Both the position numbers and the translations under genes were made by a program. From positions 128,001 through 192,000 of the forward strand of contig CAVSHB010000004.1 in assembly GCA_963727775.1 (NCBI GenBank): DNA of 64,000 nt, written 5' to 3'. This DNA comes from an uncultured Nitrospiraceae bacterium (GTDB lineage: Bacteria > Nitrospirota > Thermodesulfovibrionia > Thermodesulfovibrionales > SM23-35). Below are positions 39,394-50,881 of this stretch, one piece after another. The notes under the pieces are model-generated. The model ran no database searches, was not told where the DNA came from, and was given only the letters and a program-made list of their open reading frames with translations. Position 1 is the first letter of the stretch. The number at the start of each line of letters is the position of its first letter.

Positions 39394-40824
39394 TTGGAGC
39401 AGGAGAAAAACAAGACATATGCAGATAAACTCTGGGACTTTTTAGCGTCCGTAAGACTCGCTATTATTATCTTTGCATTAATTTCCCTTACATCGATTGT
39501 CGGAACAATTATAGAACAAAGGGCTGAACCGGCTAAAAATATTCAGGTATTAAGCAGACTATTCAGCGAATCTCTGGCCCCAAGCTTGTATACCGTATTC
39601 GATAACCTCGGGTTTATGGATATGTACAATTCATGGTGGTTCACGGCTCTACTGATCCTTTTTTCAGTCAATCTTATCGTTTGCTCTTTAGAGAGGCTGC
39701 CGAAGATATGGAAGCTCATCAAAGACCCGATGGTACCCATGTCTGAAGAAAGACTTAAGAAATTTTCCATTAATCGGGAGATTGTCCTGAAAGGGAAACC
39801 TGACGCAGTCAAAAACACCGTTACAGGTGCAATAAAAACTGCACGATTCGATTATTCTGAGGCACGGGAAGAGAAGGGATATCAGTTCTATTCCCAGAAA
39901 GGCAATTACAGCAGGATCGGCGTATATTTGACCCATTTCAGCATACTTATAATACTGATAGGTGCGATTATAGGAGTCCGCCTTGGATTTAAAGGTTTCC
40001 TGAACCTGCCGGAAGGCGACGTATCAAATGCCTTTATTTCGAACTTAGATAAAGAAATACCCCTGGGCTTTGACATAAGGTGCGATAATTTTAACGTTGA
40101 TTTTTACGGCGGTTCCGATATGCCTAAGGAATACAGGAGCAGGCTTACCATACTAAAAAACGGCAGGGAAGTCCTGACAAAATCGATAGTAGTGAACGAT
40201 CCTTTGACCTATGAAGGCATTACATTTTATCAGGCAAGCTTTGGTATGATGCCGGATGCCGCAACCAGAGCAGTATTTAAATTTAATGTAATTTCAGCCG
40301 GCGGGAATAAGGCGACTCTTAATCTTAAGTTGGGAGACACCTTTCAGATACCGGATACGAATATCTCCGGAAAGGTCCTGGATTTCAGCCCGGCCTTAAG
40401 AATAGACGAAAACGGACAGGCTTCTACTTATTCGAATCAAATGACCAATCCCGCGGTCTTTATTGATCTTTCAGCGTCGGGCGCGCATAAGGTTTCAGGA
40501 TGGATATTGAAAAGACATCCGGAGACTTGGCAACTGCCCGGCGGGCAGAGAGTCGAATTTATTGATACTTGGGGAATTCAATATACCGGATTGCAGGTTA
40601 GAAAAGACCCTGGTGTATGGGTTGTATACTTCGGATGTATTGCCATGAGCATAGGCCTTTTTATCGCTTTCTTCATGAGTCATCGAAGGATATGGGTAAA
40701 AATGGTCGAAGAAAAAAACAATACGAGGGTAATTATCGGAGCGACATCCAATAAAAACAGGGCAGCTTTTGAAAGAACTATAGACAAAATAGTCTTCGTC
40801 CTCAATAAAAAACAGGAAGGGTAA
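39394..40824 (+). CDS. resB: Cytochrome c biogenesis protein ResB/Ccs1 (system II)
   Basis: GTIIEQ, YNSWWF, THFSI, VNDPL, GLQVRKDPG. Confidence 0.9.
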   Translation: MEQEKNKTYADKLWDFLASVRLAIIIFALISLTSIVGTIIEQRAEPAKNIQVLSRLFSESLAPSLYTVFDNLGFMDMYNSWWFTALLILFSVNLIVCSLERLPKIWKLIKDPMVPMSEERLKKFSINREIVLKGKPDAVKNTVTGAIKTARFDYSEAREEKGYQFYSQKGNYSRIGVYLTHFSILIILIGAIIGVRLGFKGFLNLPEGDVSNAFISNLDKEIPLGFDIRCDNFNVDFYGGSDMPKEYRSRLTILKNGREVLTKSIVVNDPLTYEGITFYQASFGMMPDAATRAVFKFNVISAGGNKATLNLKLGDTFQIPDTNISGKVLDFSPALRIDENGQASTYSNQMTNPAVFIDLSASGAHKVSGWILKRHPETWQLPGGQRVEFIDTWGIQYTGLQVRKDPGVWVVYFGCIAMSIGLFIAFFMSHRRIWVKMVEEKNNTRVIIGATSNKNRAAFERTIDKIVFVLNKKQEG

Positions 40825-40829
40825 AATAA

Positions 40830-41912
40830 ATGAACAGTTCATTTTTCTTCGGTTTATCAACAATGGCTTACATCCTCGCCATGATAACCTACATTACATA
40901 TATAGCCTTTAGAAAAAACCAGGTCGGCATAATGGCTACGACAATAACAATCATGGGGTTTGTATCCCAGACATTCGCAATTTTCATGAGATGGAAGGAA
41001 TTCTCCAACTTGAGCGGCATGGGGTTTTTAAGGTCGGTCCCCCTTACAAATCTTTATGAATCCCTCATATTCTTTGTATGGTGTCTGATATTGGGCTATC
41101 TGATCATCGAGTTTAGATTCAAAAACCGGTCCTTCGGAGCATTTATCACTCCTATCGCAGGTCTTGTATTGGCATTCATCGATTTGACAGGGGTGTCGAA
41201 AGAGATTCAACCCTTAGTCCCTGCTTTGAAAAGCAATTGGCTACTGGCCCATGTGACGATGAGTTTTATAGCTTACGCGGCCTTTTCCGTATCTTTCAGC
41301 ACAGGCCTTATGTACCTTATCATGAAATCGGAACAAAGGAACGAGTTGTCATATTTGTTTTGGACAATCACCTTCGGTGTCTTTGTAATACTTTTCGTCA
41401 CGATGGGGATCGATTTTCTTTCTTTCAAAGTCGCGGTGAGACCTGAAGTATTCATTAAAAGCTACCTGTTTAAGACCTCGTTCCTGAACCCGTCCGCAGG
41501 TATCAAAATCCTGAGCTGGACAGCGGCATTCATCGCCCTATTTATCATCTGGCGGTATGGACATATACTGAAGACCGTGATAGAAAAATTTAACGTCACT
41601 GCCGATATGTTGGATGAAATCACTTATAAGAGTATTGCCATAGGGTTTCCCATCTTCACCCTCGGCGGCCTGATCTTCGGTGCTATCTGGGCCAATCAGG
41701 CCTGGGGCGTTTACTGGAGCTGGGACCCGAAAGAGACATGGTCGCTGATAACATGGTTCATTTATGCCTTCTATCTTCACAGTCGGATGATGAGGGGATG
41801 GAGAGGAAAAAAGGTGGCGATGGTCGCCGTAATAGGTTTCATGGCGGTGATATTCACTTATCTTGGCGTCAACCTACTGCTCTCGGGTCTGCACGCATAT
41901 GGTTCGCAGTAA
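40830..41912 (+). CDS. ccsB: Cytochrome c biogenesis protein CcsB/ResC (system II)
   Basis: NLYES, PALKSNWLLAH, WWD domain WANQAWGVYWSWDPKETW, GLHAY. Confidence 0.93.
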   Translation: MNSSFFFGLSTMAYILAMITYITYIAFRKNQVGIMATTITIMGFVSQTFAIFMRWKEFSNLSGMGFLRSVPLTNLYESLIFFVWCLILGYLIIEFRFKNRSFGAFITPIAGLVLAFIDLTGVSKEIQPLVPALKSNWLLAHVTMSFIAYAAFSVSFSTGLMYLIMKSEQRNELSYLFWTITFGVFVILFVTMGIDFLSFKVAVRPEVFIKSYLFKTSFLNPSAGIKILSWTAAFIALFIIWRYGHILKTVIEKFNVTADMLDEITYKSIAIGFPIFTLGGLIFGAIWANQAWGVYWSWDPKETWSLITWFIYAFYLHSRMMRGWRGKKVAMVAVIGFMAVIFTYLGVNLLLSGLHAYGSQ

Positions 41913-41991
41913 AGTCATGAAACCGGTTTTTTTTAGAAATAAGATTAGAAACAATAAGAACTGAACAACATACGGAGGAAAAAATAATCCT

Positions 41992-42834
41992 ATGAATAAT
42001 GTAAAAACACTTGTTCTGCTCGTGACATTAACTCTTGTTCTTGTCTGGGCAGGGGCTGCTTTAGGCGGCAAACAAGGGATGACAATAGCCTTGATATTTG
42101 CGCTTGGGATGAACTTTTTCGCATACTGGTTCAGCGATAAGATAGTCCTCAGGATGTATGGCGCCAAGGAAATCAGTGAGTCTGAAGCACCGCAGCTTTA
42201 CGGCATTATACGGAGGCTGGCCCAAAAAGCGGAACTTCCCATGCCGAAGGTTTACATGATAGATGAGGAACAACCTAACGCGTTTGCAACGGGTAGAAAC
42301 CCTGAGCATGCTGCAGTTGCCGTAACTACCGGTATTCTGCGGCTTCTAAGCCCCGAAGAGCTGCAGGGCGTTATCGGCCACGAGCTTGCGCATGTCAAAC
42401 ACAGAGACATTCTGATCAGCACCATCGCCGCGACTATTGCAGGCGCGATCAGTTACCTTGCGCAGATGGCGCAATGGGCAATGATATTCGGCGGTCACAG
42501 GGGGGACGACGATGAAGGAGGGAGTCCTGTTGCCGCCATCGTGATGATGATCGTCGGACCGATCGCTGCAATGATTATTCAGATGGCAATATCAAGGTCA
42601 CGGGAATATTCCGCGGATCAGGGCGGAGCCCGCATTACCGGCAACCCGAGGTACCTTGCCGGGGCGCTCAGAAAACTCCAATTGGCGTCGCAGAAAATTC
42701 CTATGGACGCAAACCCGGCAACTTCGCATATGTTTATCGTTAACCCATTATCAGGGGGAGGCATATTGAAACTCTTCAGCACACACCCGCCGATTGAGGA
42801 AAGGATATCAAGGCTCGAGTCCATGAGCCTTTAA
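41992..42834 (+). CDS. htpX: Zinc metalloprotease HtpX
   Basis: [27 protein letters not shown]. Confidence 0.95.
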   Translation: MNNVKTLVLLVTLTLVLVWAGAALGGKQGMTIALIFALGMNFFAYWFSDKIVLRMYGAKEISESEAPQLYGIIRRLAQKAELPMPKVYMIDEEQPNAFATGRNPEHAAVAVTTGILRLLSPEELQGVIGHELAHVKHRDILISTIAATIAGAISYLAQMAQWAMIFGGHRGDDDEGGSPVAAIVMMIVGPIAAMIIQMAISRSREYSADQGGARITGNPRYLAGALRKLQLASQKIPMDANPATSHMFIVNPLSGGGILKLFSTHPPIEERISRLESMSL

Positions 42835-42901
42835 TCAGACCGGAGCAGATTAATTTGGACTTGACTCTAATTACACTCATTCCTCAAAATATTGCCATCC
42901 C

Positions 42902-43864
42902 ATGAATGCTCTGGTAACAGGAGCTACAGGCTTTATAGGAAGCCATCTATGCGAAGCACTCATTCAGAGAGGTTACAAGGTTACCTGTCTGTCCAGAACT
43001 ACCTCCAACCTCAAATGGATCGAAAACCTCGATGTCAGGTTATGCAAAGGCGACTGCACCGATAGTAATTCGTTGCTCAGCGCAGTCGAGGACGCCGATT
43101 ACATCTTCCACCTCGCCGGACTTACAAAGGCGACTTCAGAGCATGATTTTTTCTGCATCAATGCAAAGGGCACGGAGAACCTGGTTAAGGCCGTCTCCGA
43201 CAGAAATCCGGGACTGAAAAGGTTTGTCTACTTGAGCAGTCTCGCCGCAGCAGGACCCAGCAGAGACGGATCACCCATACGTGAGGACACAAACCCCGCT
43301 CCGGTATCGAGCTACGGCAACAGCAAACTGGAAGGTGAAAAAGCGGTCTTGAGTTTTAAGAATTCGATCCCCGTGACCATACTCAGACCCCCGGCTGTAT
43401 ACGGGCCGAGAGACAGGGACATGCTTGTCATGTTCAGGATGATCAAAAAAGGGGTTTTCTTTGATCTGGGGAAATGTTATTATTCATTGCTTTATGTTGA
43501 TGACCTCATTCAGGGTATAATATTGTGTGCAGAAAACAAGAAGGCCGAAGGTAAGGTATACTTTTTATCGGACGCCAAATTTTATACAGGAGAGCAGATA
43601 GCGATGGAAATATGCTCCGCGCTTGATGTAAAAGCGCTGCCGCTGAAGGTTCCTAAATTCGCTATGCCCTTTTTTGCGTTTATAGGAGAAATAATCAACA
43701 AAAAGGGGATTATCAACAGAGACAGGATTAAAGATTTTAGACACTCGCGCTGGATATGCGATCCCCAAAAGGTGAGAGAGGAAATCGGCTTTATTCCAAA
43801 AGTTGGACTAAAGGAAGGGATAAAATGGACGGCAGATTGGTACAGGATTCACAGATGGCTGTAA
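42902..43864 (+). CDS. NAD-dependent epimerase/SDR, candidate ceramide reductase (CerR-like)
   Basis: [21 protein letters not shown]; overlaps the spt start. Confidence 0.8.
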   Translation: MNALVTGATGFIGSHLCEALIQRGYKVTCLSRTTSNLKWIENLDVRLCKGDCTDSNSLLSAVEDADYIFHLAGLTKATSEHDFFCINAKGTENLVKAVSDRNPGLKRFVYLSSLAAAGPSRDGSPIREDTNPAPVSSYGNSKLEGEKAVLSFKNSIPVTILRPPAVYGPRDRDMLVMFRMIKKGVFFDLGKCYYSLLYVDDLIQGIILCAENKKAEGKVYFLSDAKFYTGEQIAMEICSALDVKALPLKVPKFAMPFFAFIGEIINKKGIINRDRIKDFRHSRWICDPQKVREEIGFIPKVGLKEGIKWTADWYRIHRWL

Positions 43865-45054
43865 ACAAATCAACAGACTTATTTGATAAGTGTTTAAAAT
43901 TCCATAAGGCTAAGGACCTTATTTCCCATGGTTTGTATCCTTATTTCAGGACTATCGAAAGCGCCCAGGACCCGGAGATAGTCATGAACGGGCGCAAAAT
44001 GATTATGGTCGGATCGAACAATTACCTAGGACTTACGAGTCATCCGAAAGTCAAAGAGGCCGCGATTGAGGCAATAAAAAAATACGGTACCGGCTGCGCC
44101 GGTTCCAGGTTTCTCAACGGCACACTCGACATACACGTGCAGCTTGAAGAAAAGCTCGCCCGCTTTATGCGCAAAGAAGCCGCGCTTATCTTTTCCACCG
44201 GCTTCCAGGTCAACCTGGGCGTCATATCTTCCATTATCGGCAAAGACGACATTGCCGTAATCGACAAGATGGACCATGCGAGTATTATCGATGGCTGCAG
44301 GCTGTCCTTCGGCGATATCAAGAAATACCGGCACAACGACATGGGAGACCTCGAAAGACTTCTGAGTGAATACGAAGACAAAGACAAACTGGTAGTCGTC
44401 GACGGCGTTTTCAGTATGGAAGGCGACATCGCTCCCCTGCCGGAGATAATCACCCTTTCCAAAAAATACGGAGCGCGGTTGATGGTCGATGACGCTCACG
44501 GCATAGGGGTCCTCGGAAACACAGGGAGGGGCACGGCGGAGCATTTCGGGCTTGAAGACGAGGTAGATCTGATAATGGGTACGTACAGCAAATCCCTCGC
44601 TTCCATCGGAGGTTTTATTTCCGGATCCGCGGATGTTATCCATTATATAAAACATACCGCAAGGCCCTTGATATTCAGCGCAAGCCCTCCTCCGGCATCC
44701 GTCGCTTCTGTAAGCGCCGCCTTAGACATCATCGAGAATGAACCGGAAAGAAGAGAGCAACTGTGGAAAAACACTACAAAGATGCTGAACGGCTTTAAGG
44801 CACTAGGCTTTCAGACCGGCCACAGTGAGACCCCGATCATTCCCGTTATCGTAGGTGAAGATGAGAAGGCTTTTGTTATGGCCATAATGCTTCAGGACGA
44901 GGGAGTATTTGCCAATGCAACGGTCACCCCCGCAGTGCCTACCGGCATGGCCCTCATAAGGACGAGTTATATGGCTACCCATACTGATGAACATCTCGAT
45001 ATCGTGCTCAGCGCATTCGAGAAGATCGGGAGGAGACTGGGCATCATCGGATGA
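43855..45054 (+). CDS. PLP-dependent alpha-oxoamine synthase, probable serine palmitoyltransferase
   Basis: [38 protein letters not shown] (Spt-like PLP-Lys motif); ATG 43855 overlaps the upstream stop. Confidence 0.75.
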   Translation: MAVNKSTDLFDKCLKFHKAKDLISHGLYPYFRTIESAQDPEIVMNGRKMIMVGSNNYLGLTSHPKVKEAAIEAIKKYGTGCAGSRFLNGTLDIHVQLEEKLARFMRKEAALIFSTGFQVNLGVISSIIGKDDIAVIDKMDHASIIDGCRLSFGDIKKYRHNDMGDLERLLSEYEDKDKLVVVDGVFSMEGDIAPLPEIITLSKKYGARLMVDDAHGIGVLGNTGRGTAEHFGLEDEVDLIMGTYSKSLASIGGFISGSADVIHYIKHTARPLIFSASPPPASVASVSAALDIIENEPERREQLWKNTTKMLNGFKALGFQTGHSETPIIPVIVGEDEKAFVMAIMLQDEGVFANATVTPAVPTGMALIRTSYMATHTDEHLDIVLSAFEKIGRRLGIIG

Positions 45055-46157
45055 TTGAGGTTGTTGAGGTTAAAACCCGTAAAGACCTCGAAGCCTTTAT
45101 TAAAGTGCCCTTCTCTCTCTATGCAAAGGACAGGTTCTACGTACCTCCTCTCATAAAAGAGCTGCGCAAACACTTTTCAGATGAGAACCCCTTCTTTCAC
45201 CACTCAAAGGTAAGATATTTCCTCGCAAAAAAAGGCGGCAAGATCGAGGGAAGAATCGTATCGATAGTCAATCAACAGCATATCGAGTTTCATAAGGAAA
45301 AGGCCGGGTTCTTCGGCTTCTTCGAAACGTCAAATGATTATGAAATCGCCTCAGCCCTTCTTGACACGGCTTCTAAAGCGCTCAGAGAAGAAGGTATGGA
45401 TATCATGCGGGGACCTATGAATTTCTCTACAAACGAGGAGTGTGGTTTTCTGATAGAAGGTTCTGATAGTCCTCCCATGCTCATGATGCCCTATAATCCT
45501 ATCTATTACAATACCCTTATGGAAAGATGCGGGATGGAGAAGGCAAAAGACCTATATGCATATATCCTTGACATGCCTGAAGAACCCCCGAAAAAAATCC
45601 TCAGGGTCGCGGGAATAGCAGAAAAAACCGGGATAAGCGCCAGACCGCTCGACAAGAAGAATTTCGATTCCGACATGAAAGTATTTCAGGCGGTATATAA
45701 TTCGGCTTGGGGAAAAAACTGGGGTTTTATACCGCTGGATAACGACGAACTCGCCTATATGGGCAAAAACTTAAAGCCCGTTATAGTCCCGGAGCTGACA
45801 TGGATTGCGGAAAAAGACGGTACCCCCGTAGGCTTCCTCGGATTATTGCCTGATTTCAACTTCGTTCTGAAACACATGAACGGTAAGATAAACCCTTTAA
45901 GTTTGATTAAAGCGCTTTACTATTCAAAAAGTATAAAAGACCTCAGACTCCTCCTTCTCGGCATTAAAGCCGAATACAGAAACAAAGGCGTTGACGCCCT
46001 ACTCTTCCGTGAAGGGTTCTATAAAGTGAAAAAAGGGGGATACAAACGGGTCGAATTCTCCTGGATACTCGAAGACAATATCCCGACCCAGAGGCTCGTT
46101 GAGATGATCGGCGGAAAGCTATACAAGAAATACCGGATTTATGAAAAGAGTTTATGA
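45051..46157 (+). CDS. GNAT-fold acyltransferase, candidate bacterial ceramide synthase (bCerS-like)
   Basis: [46 protein letters not shown] overlap with spt. Confidence 0.75.
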   Translation: MIEVVEVKTRKDLEAFIKVPFSLYAKDRFYVPPLIKELRKHFSDENPFFHHSKVRYFLAKKGGKIEGRIVSIVNQQHIEFHKEKAGFFGFFETSNDYEIASALLDTASKALREEGMDIMRGPMNFSTNEECGFLIEGSDSPPMLMMPYNPIYYNTLMERCGMEKAKDLYAYILDMPEEPPKKILRVAGIAEKTGISARPLDKKNFDSDMKVFQAVYNSAWGKNWGFIPLDNDELAYMGKNLKPVIVPELTWIAEKDGTPVGFLGLLPDFNFVLKHMNGKINPLSLIKALYYSKSIKDLRLLLLGIKAEYRNKGVDALLFREGFYKVKKGGYKRVEFSWILEDNIPTQRLVEMIGGKLYKKYRIYEKSL

Positions 46158-46188
46158 AAGATCCCCTGTCTGAGTTTTTTCAGGTCTG

Positions 46189-46401
46189 CTAAGCCGCTCT
46201 CTTTTTATTCATGCCTCTGGTGCTGAACTCGAGTTTTGATGATTTGGACTTTTCAACGGGGTCGATTCCAGTGCACGCCAGGCAGATTTCATCAATATTG
46301 TTTTCAGCCCTTTTCTTGCAGAAATCCGGGTTATTGAATTTGCATTCATATTTTATGCACAAGAAACCCGACGGGATTTTCTCTCTGAACTTATGTGTCA
46401 T
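46189..46401 (-). CDS. Small Cys-rich hypothetical protein (70 aa)
   Basis: AAGAGG RBS; five Cys including CxxC. Confidence 0.45.
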   Translation of the reverse strand: MTHKFREKIPSGFLCIKYECKFNNPDFCKKRAENNIDEICLACTGIDPVEKSKSSKLEFSTRGMNKKRAA

Positions 46402-46566
46402 GGTCTACCTCTTAATTTATTCAATAATTTTATGATTTATTATAAATAACTTTTTCTGGTTATTTCAAGGTCATTTTGTATTCTGTCAAGTTGCATTCCT
46501 GGCATCCGCACTTATGATATACTTTCAGATTGAATATTTTAAATTACATAGTGGGAGAGGCAAACA

Positions 46567-47247
46567 ATGACCGGACTTAAAACTGAAAAAGCGCTTTTTA
46601 CGTGGAGCGGCGGCAAAGACAGTACTATGGCCCTGCATGACCTGCAGATAAGTCATGGCTATGAGATAGCAGCATTATTGACAACAATAACAGAGGATTA
46701 TGACAGAGTCAGCATGCACGGTGTGCGTCGGGTTTTACTGGAACAGCAGGCGGAATCTTTAGGAATCCCTCTTGAGAAAGTTTTTATCTCGAGAAACGCT
46801 TCTAATGAAGAATTTGAGAATAAAATAGAAGTTGTCCTTGGAAAATATCTGGCGCTTGGGGTATCCTCCGTGGTTTTTGGCGACATCTTTTTAGAAGATT
46901 TAAGAAGGTATCGTGAGAACAATCTTTTGAAGTCGGGGATGAAGCCACTTTTTCCTGTTTGGAAAAGGGACACCGCTGAACTTGCCCGGACATTCATAGG
47001 TTTAGGATTTAAAGCTGTTATTACCTGTGTTGATTCGAATGTCCTTGGAAAGAATTTTGTCGGCAGGGAATTTAACGAGCAATTTTTAGCCGAACTCCCT
47101 TCACCAACAGATCCCTGCGGTGAAAATGGAGAATTTCATTCATTTGTATATGACGGACCTTTATTTCATCAAAGGATATCACATAAAAAGGGGGATGTTA
47201 TTTTGAGGGACAACCGTTTTTTCTATTGTGATTTGATCCCCGCCTGA
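46567..47247 (+). CDS. Diphthine-ammonia-ligase-like PP-loop ATPase (MJ0570 family)
   Basis: WSGGKDS, FGDIFL, DPCGENGEFHSFVYDGP. Confidence 0.9.
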   Translation: MTGLKTEKALFTWSGGKDSTMALHDLQISHGYEIAALLTTITEDYDRVSMHGVRRVLLEQQAESLGIPLEKVFISRNASNEEFENKIEVVLGKYLALGVSSVVFGDIFLEDLRRYRENNLLKSGMKPLFPVWKRDTAELARTFIGLGFKAVITCVDSNVLGKNFVGREFNEQFLAELPSPTDPCGENGEFHSFVYDGPLFHQRISHKKGDVILRDNRFFYCDLIPA

Positions 47248-47518
47248 TATAAGACTTCCTGCATGTCCTGCACCCTGTGCATATTCCGGTGAAACCTGCC
47301 ACCTATTCCGGGAAATCTGCCACCATTTCCGACGAGAGCCTGCATAGAGGCCGGGGATATCTTGACACCGCGAATTATGTTTGGTCCGCCCCGTAATACG
47401 CACAGCTCGTTTGTGGATATCATCTACTTATCCGCACTTTCAAAACATTGCAATTCCATGAAGAGTACGTTCGGAAATTAAGCCCGTTGGAAAAACCTGA
47501 GGACATTTGTTTCAGCCA

Positions 47519-49079
47519 TTATGTAGAGTTCCCCGTTATGTGAAGTAGTAACCTTAACTCCTCATTAAATAAGTATTCTGCCAAAATTTACTCCACATAA
47601 TAATAAGTTGATAATAGATATACTCCTCACTGAAATATCTAAATTAATGAGGAGGTGCATATGGTTGTGTCTCAAGAGCAAAAGGAATGTATCTGCGTTG
47701 GGGCGTACCAATCGAAGCTGCTCAGTGAGTATCTGGATTTCTTGTTCAAGCATCGGGGCATTTCAGAAAAGACCATCCGTTTTCGAAGGAATGATGTTGG
47801 GCCTTTTCTGAGATCACTGAGACTACAAAATGATTCGGAAGATATCGGGAAGATATCAGGAAAGGAGATTCACGATTACGTTATCAAGACGGCTAAACAC
47901 ATGAACCGTCCAAGTCAAAAACATGTTGTTACATCAATTCGAAGCTTCTTAAAGTTTTGCCATTTCAAAGGATATGTCCATCAAAACCTTACAGACGCTG
48001 TCCCAGTTATTGTAACCCCCAAATTAGGGAGAGTTCCTCGCAGTATCCCATGGGAGTCTGTCGAAAAACTTCTTGATAGTACCGATCGTGAAACTCATCG
48101 TGGCAGAAGGACTTATGCAGTATTACAACTATTGGCGACATATGGGGTGCGAATAGGTCAGGTAGTAAAACTCCTGTTGCAGGACATAAACTGGCGTAAA
48201 GGCTTAATCCATATTCAGCCGAGCAAGGGCGGTAACCCTTTAACTTTCCCTCTTTACCCAAAGGTTGCAGATGCGCTGCTTGCCTATATACGGGAAACAC
48301 GTGGTAAGGCTACCTATCCAGAAGTGTTTCTTACTATTGATAACCTTATGCCTCTGAGGGCCGTTGCTCTTTCGGTCTTAATGCAGAGATTTTTCCGTAG
48401 TGCAGGTATCGCTGCGAGTGCACATGCCATACGGCATGCCTTTGCGACACGACTGATGGAACATGAAACCCCTATCAAGACGATAGCTGATTTGTTGGGG
48501 CATAAATCTATAAACACCACCTTCATCTATACAAAAGTCGATCTCAAACACCTTCGTCTTGTGGCGTGTGAATGGCTGGAGGTTTTGTCATGAAAAAACT
48601 ATCAAACGGACCATTCAGTATTTTTATTAACCAATATCTGCAGCTGCGCCGGTCACTTGGCCGTATTCTTAAAGACGCCGAGTACACCCTGAATAAATTC
48701 AATTTCTATTTAGCCCGATACTTTCCAGATGCGAAAACTGTGACGAAGCCAATGATAGTCAGCTACCTTCAAGCGGCCAAACACCTGCATGCATCTACCT
48801 TATATCTTCGGTTTATACATTTGCGCCAGTTCTGCCGGTTCCTATTTCAGCTCAACCCGGATAATTACGTTCCAGAATCAAGATTGATTAAACGAGGGCC
48901 AACTATCAGACCGCCCCATATCTATACGACTGAAGAGGCAATGAAATTGATCAGGTTGGCAAGAATGCTTAATCCTCGTGGTTCATTGCGCCCCCACACC
49001 TATAGCACATTGATTTCGCTTTTGTGGGTATCCGGCCTGCGGATTAGAGAAGCTCTGAAGCTGAATTTAGAAGACGTTT
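47519..49079 (+). mobile_element. Truncated RIT (recombinase-in-trio) element, left part
   Basis: TTATGT direct repeats (47519, 47536) and inverted ACATAA (47595); two overlapping tyrosine recombinase genes; third gene and right end absent. Confidence 0.7.
47661..48593 (+). CDS. Tyrosine recombinase (RitA-like)
   Basis: GAGGAGG RBS; catalytic R (YGVRIG), HxxRH (HAIRH), LGH and Y (FIYTK). Confidence 0.9.
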   Translation: MVVSQEQKECICVGAYQSKLLSEYLDFLFKHRGISEKTIRFRRNDVGPFLRSLRLQNDSEDIGKISGKEIHDYVIKTAKHMNRPSQKHVVTSIRSFLKFCHFKGYVHQNLTDAVPVIVTPKLGRVPRSIPWESVEKLLDSTDRETHRGRRTYAVLQLLATYGVRIGQVVKLLLQDINWRKGLIHIQPSKGGNPLTFPLYPKVADALLAYIRETRGKATYPEVFLTIDNLMPLRAVALSVLMQRFFRSAGIAASAHAIRHAFATRLMEHETPIKTIADLLGHKSINTTFIYTKVDLKHLRLVACEWLEVLS

Positions 49080-49087
49080 TGTGCTAA
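48590..49087 (+). pseudogene. Tyrosine recombinase (RitB-like), truncated by IS insertion
   Basis: ATGA overlap with ritA; PHIY...GLRIREALKL, then interrupted at 49080. Confidence 0.8.
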
Positions 49088-49164
49088 CGACCAGATAATG
49101 ATACCAAAGATTTGAGGAAATAGGGTGACACTCCAAGTTTAGGTTAACGAAAGGAGTGTCATAG

Positions 49165-50727
49165 ATGGAACCAGCAGAGGGTGTACAAAAGAGCAGTACA
49201 AAGAGGAAGTTTCCGAAGCGAAGCAATCGTTACGGGCCCGATTTCAAGCTTCAAATAGTCAAGAAGTACGTTGAGGAGAGCGTTCCCGTTCCGGTGATCC
49301 GGCAGGAATGCGGAGTGAGCAGTAATTCGGTAAGACGCTGGGTACGTGCCTATCGTCGTGAGGGCGAAGCCGGACTATCGATGAGGTACACCGGTAAGGG
49401 ACGCAGCCTTCCCACTCCAGTGAAAGAGAAGATCGTCGAAATCAAAGAAGGCAACCCGCTTTTCGGTATCAAGCGCATTTCGCAACTATTAAAGAGAGTG
49501 TTTTTCCTTTCCGCCAGCCCTGAGACGGTCCGTAAGACACTGCATGAATCATCCCTCATGACGGCCCCACCCAAGAAGCGGCAGCGTAATATTACCCGTC
49601 CCCGGTTTTTCGAGCGATCAACACCGAACCAGCTTTGGCAGACGGATATCTTTACGTTTCGACTTGGGGGCCGCTATGCGTTTCTGATCGGCTATATAGA
49701 CGATTATTCCCGCTACATAACGGGGCTTGAGCTTTTCCGCAGCCAAACGGCGCAGAATGTTATAGAGGTATACCGTCGGGCGGCCTCCGAGTACAACCCG
49801 CCCAAAGAGATGCTTACGGATAATGGGCGGCAGTATACGAGCTGGCGCGGCAACAGCCGCTTCGAACTGGAGTTAAAGAAAGACAAAATCCACCACATCA
49901 AATCGCAGCCTCACCACCCGATGACATTAGGGAAGATAGAGCGATTCTGGAAGACGATTTTTCTGGAGTTCCTAAGCCGAGCCCAGTTCGGTAGCTTTGA
50001 AGATGCGGTTGAGCGGATACGTCAGTGGGTGAAGTATTACAACCATAAAAGGCCGCATCAGGGTATCGGCGGCTTGTGTCCCGCAGACCGGTATTTTGAG
50101 ATCCAGAGCGAGCTTAGAAAGACCATCGAGCAGGGCATCCAGGACAACCTCCTTGAGATGGCGCTAAGGGGCAAGCCGCGCCTGCCGTTTTACATGGTGG
50201 GCCGGATGGAGGGGCAGTCGGTGGTGCTGCGTGCGGAAAAGGGCAGGCTGAGGTTGTCGGTTGACGCCGAAAACGACGACATTACGCAGGAAGTAGTTTA
50301 CAATCTAAATGAGAAAGGACATGACAATGGAGAAGACGGAGAAGATAAAGAGCGAGAAGAAGCGGCAGCCGATGAACTACGGGGCAATGGAAAAGTGCAA
50401 GGCGGTACTGTCTGTATGGACGGAGAGGCGCAGACCGGCGGAGATATGCCGGGAGCTGTCGATCCCCTGGATGGCGCTTGCGCACTGGCAGAGGCGGGCG
50501 ATGGAGGGGATGCTCCAGGCGCTGGAGCCGAGGGTGAGCCTGGACAGGGGGCCAGCGCTTTCTCCCCGCTTGCAGGCGTTGCTGGAGAAGAAGCGTCTGA
50601 CGCTCTTGACGAGCACAGTGCAGGGCAGACTGGAAAGGACGCTATCAAAGGCACAGGAAGCAAGGAAAGCGGAGACGCCTCAGTCGAAGGAGATAAAACC
50701 CTCCGGCGAAGCCTTGCGGAAAACTGA
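49165..50727 (+). CDS. IS481-like DDE transposase (HTH + rve) with long acidic tail
   Basis: AAGGAG RBS; WQTDI, LTDNG, GKIERF (DDE); YNHKRPHQGI. Confidence 0.88.
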   Translation: MEPAEGVQKSSTKRKFPKRSNRYGPDFKLQIVKKYVEESVPVPVIRQECGVSSNSVRRWVRAYRREGEAGLSMRYTGKGRSLPTPVKEKIVEIKEGNPLFGIKRISQLLKRVFFLSASPETVRKTLHESSLMTAPPKKRQRNITRPRFFERSTPNQLWQTDIFTFRLGGRYAFLIGYIDDYSRYITGLELFRSQTAQNVIEVYRRAASEYNPPKEMLTDNGRQYTSWRGNSRFELELKKDKIHHIKSQPHHPMTLGKIERFWKTIFLEFLSRAQFGSFEDAVERIRQWVKYYNHKRPHQGIGGLCPADRYFEIQSELRKTIEQGIQDNLLEMALRGKPRLPFYMVGRMEGQSVVLRAEKGRLRLSVDAENDDITQEVVYNLNEKGHDNGEDGEDKEREEAAADELRGNGKVQGGTVCMDGEAQTGGDMPGAVDPLDGACALAEAGDGGDAPGAGAEGEPGQGASAFSPLAGVAGEEASDALDEHSAGQTGKDAIKGTGSKESGDASVEGDKTLRRSLAEN

Positions 50728-50737
50728 GAAACCGTAG
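50321..50737 (+). CDS. HTH protein encoded in an alternative frame of the transposase tail
   Basis: GAAAGGA RBS; KCKAVLSVWTERRRPAEICRELSIPWMALAHWQRRA; similar to the next ORF (W-x-x-RA-x-x-x-M-x-x-A-x-E). Confidence 0.7.
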   Translation: MTMEKTEKIKSEKKRQPMNYGAMEKCKAVLSVWTERRRPAEICRELSIPWMALAHWQRRAMEGMLQALEPRVSLDRGPALSPRLQALLEKKRLTLLTSTVQGRLERTLSKAQEARKAETPQSKEIKPSGEALRKTEKP

Positions 50738-50881
50738 CGTAGAGACATCCTAATAATGGGGCAAGGCAGAAAACGGGTGATGGTTAAATATGGACCGAGT
50801 TGAGAAAATCGATTGTAGGGCTTCTGAGGAAGGCGATTTTCTCTCAATCCGAAGATTTTTAGTTGTTAAAGGGAGTGTGCT

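Noticed and set aside
43756..43854. N-terminal extension of the Spt-like ORF
   Set aside because: Overlaps the upstream gene by over 100 nt; ATG 43855 gives translational coupling and a normal length
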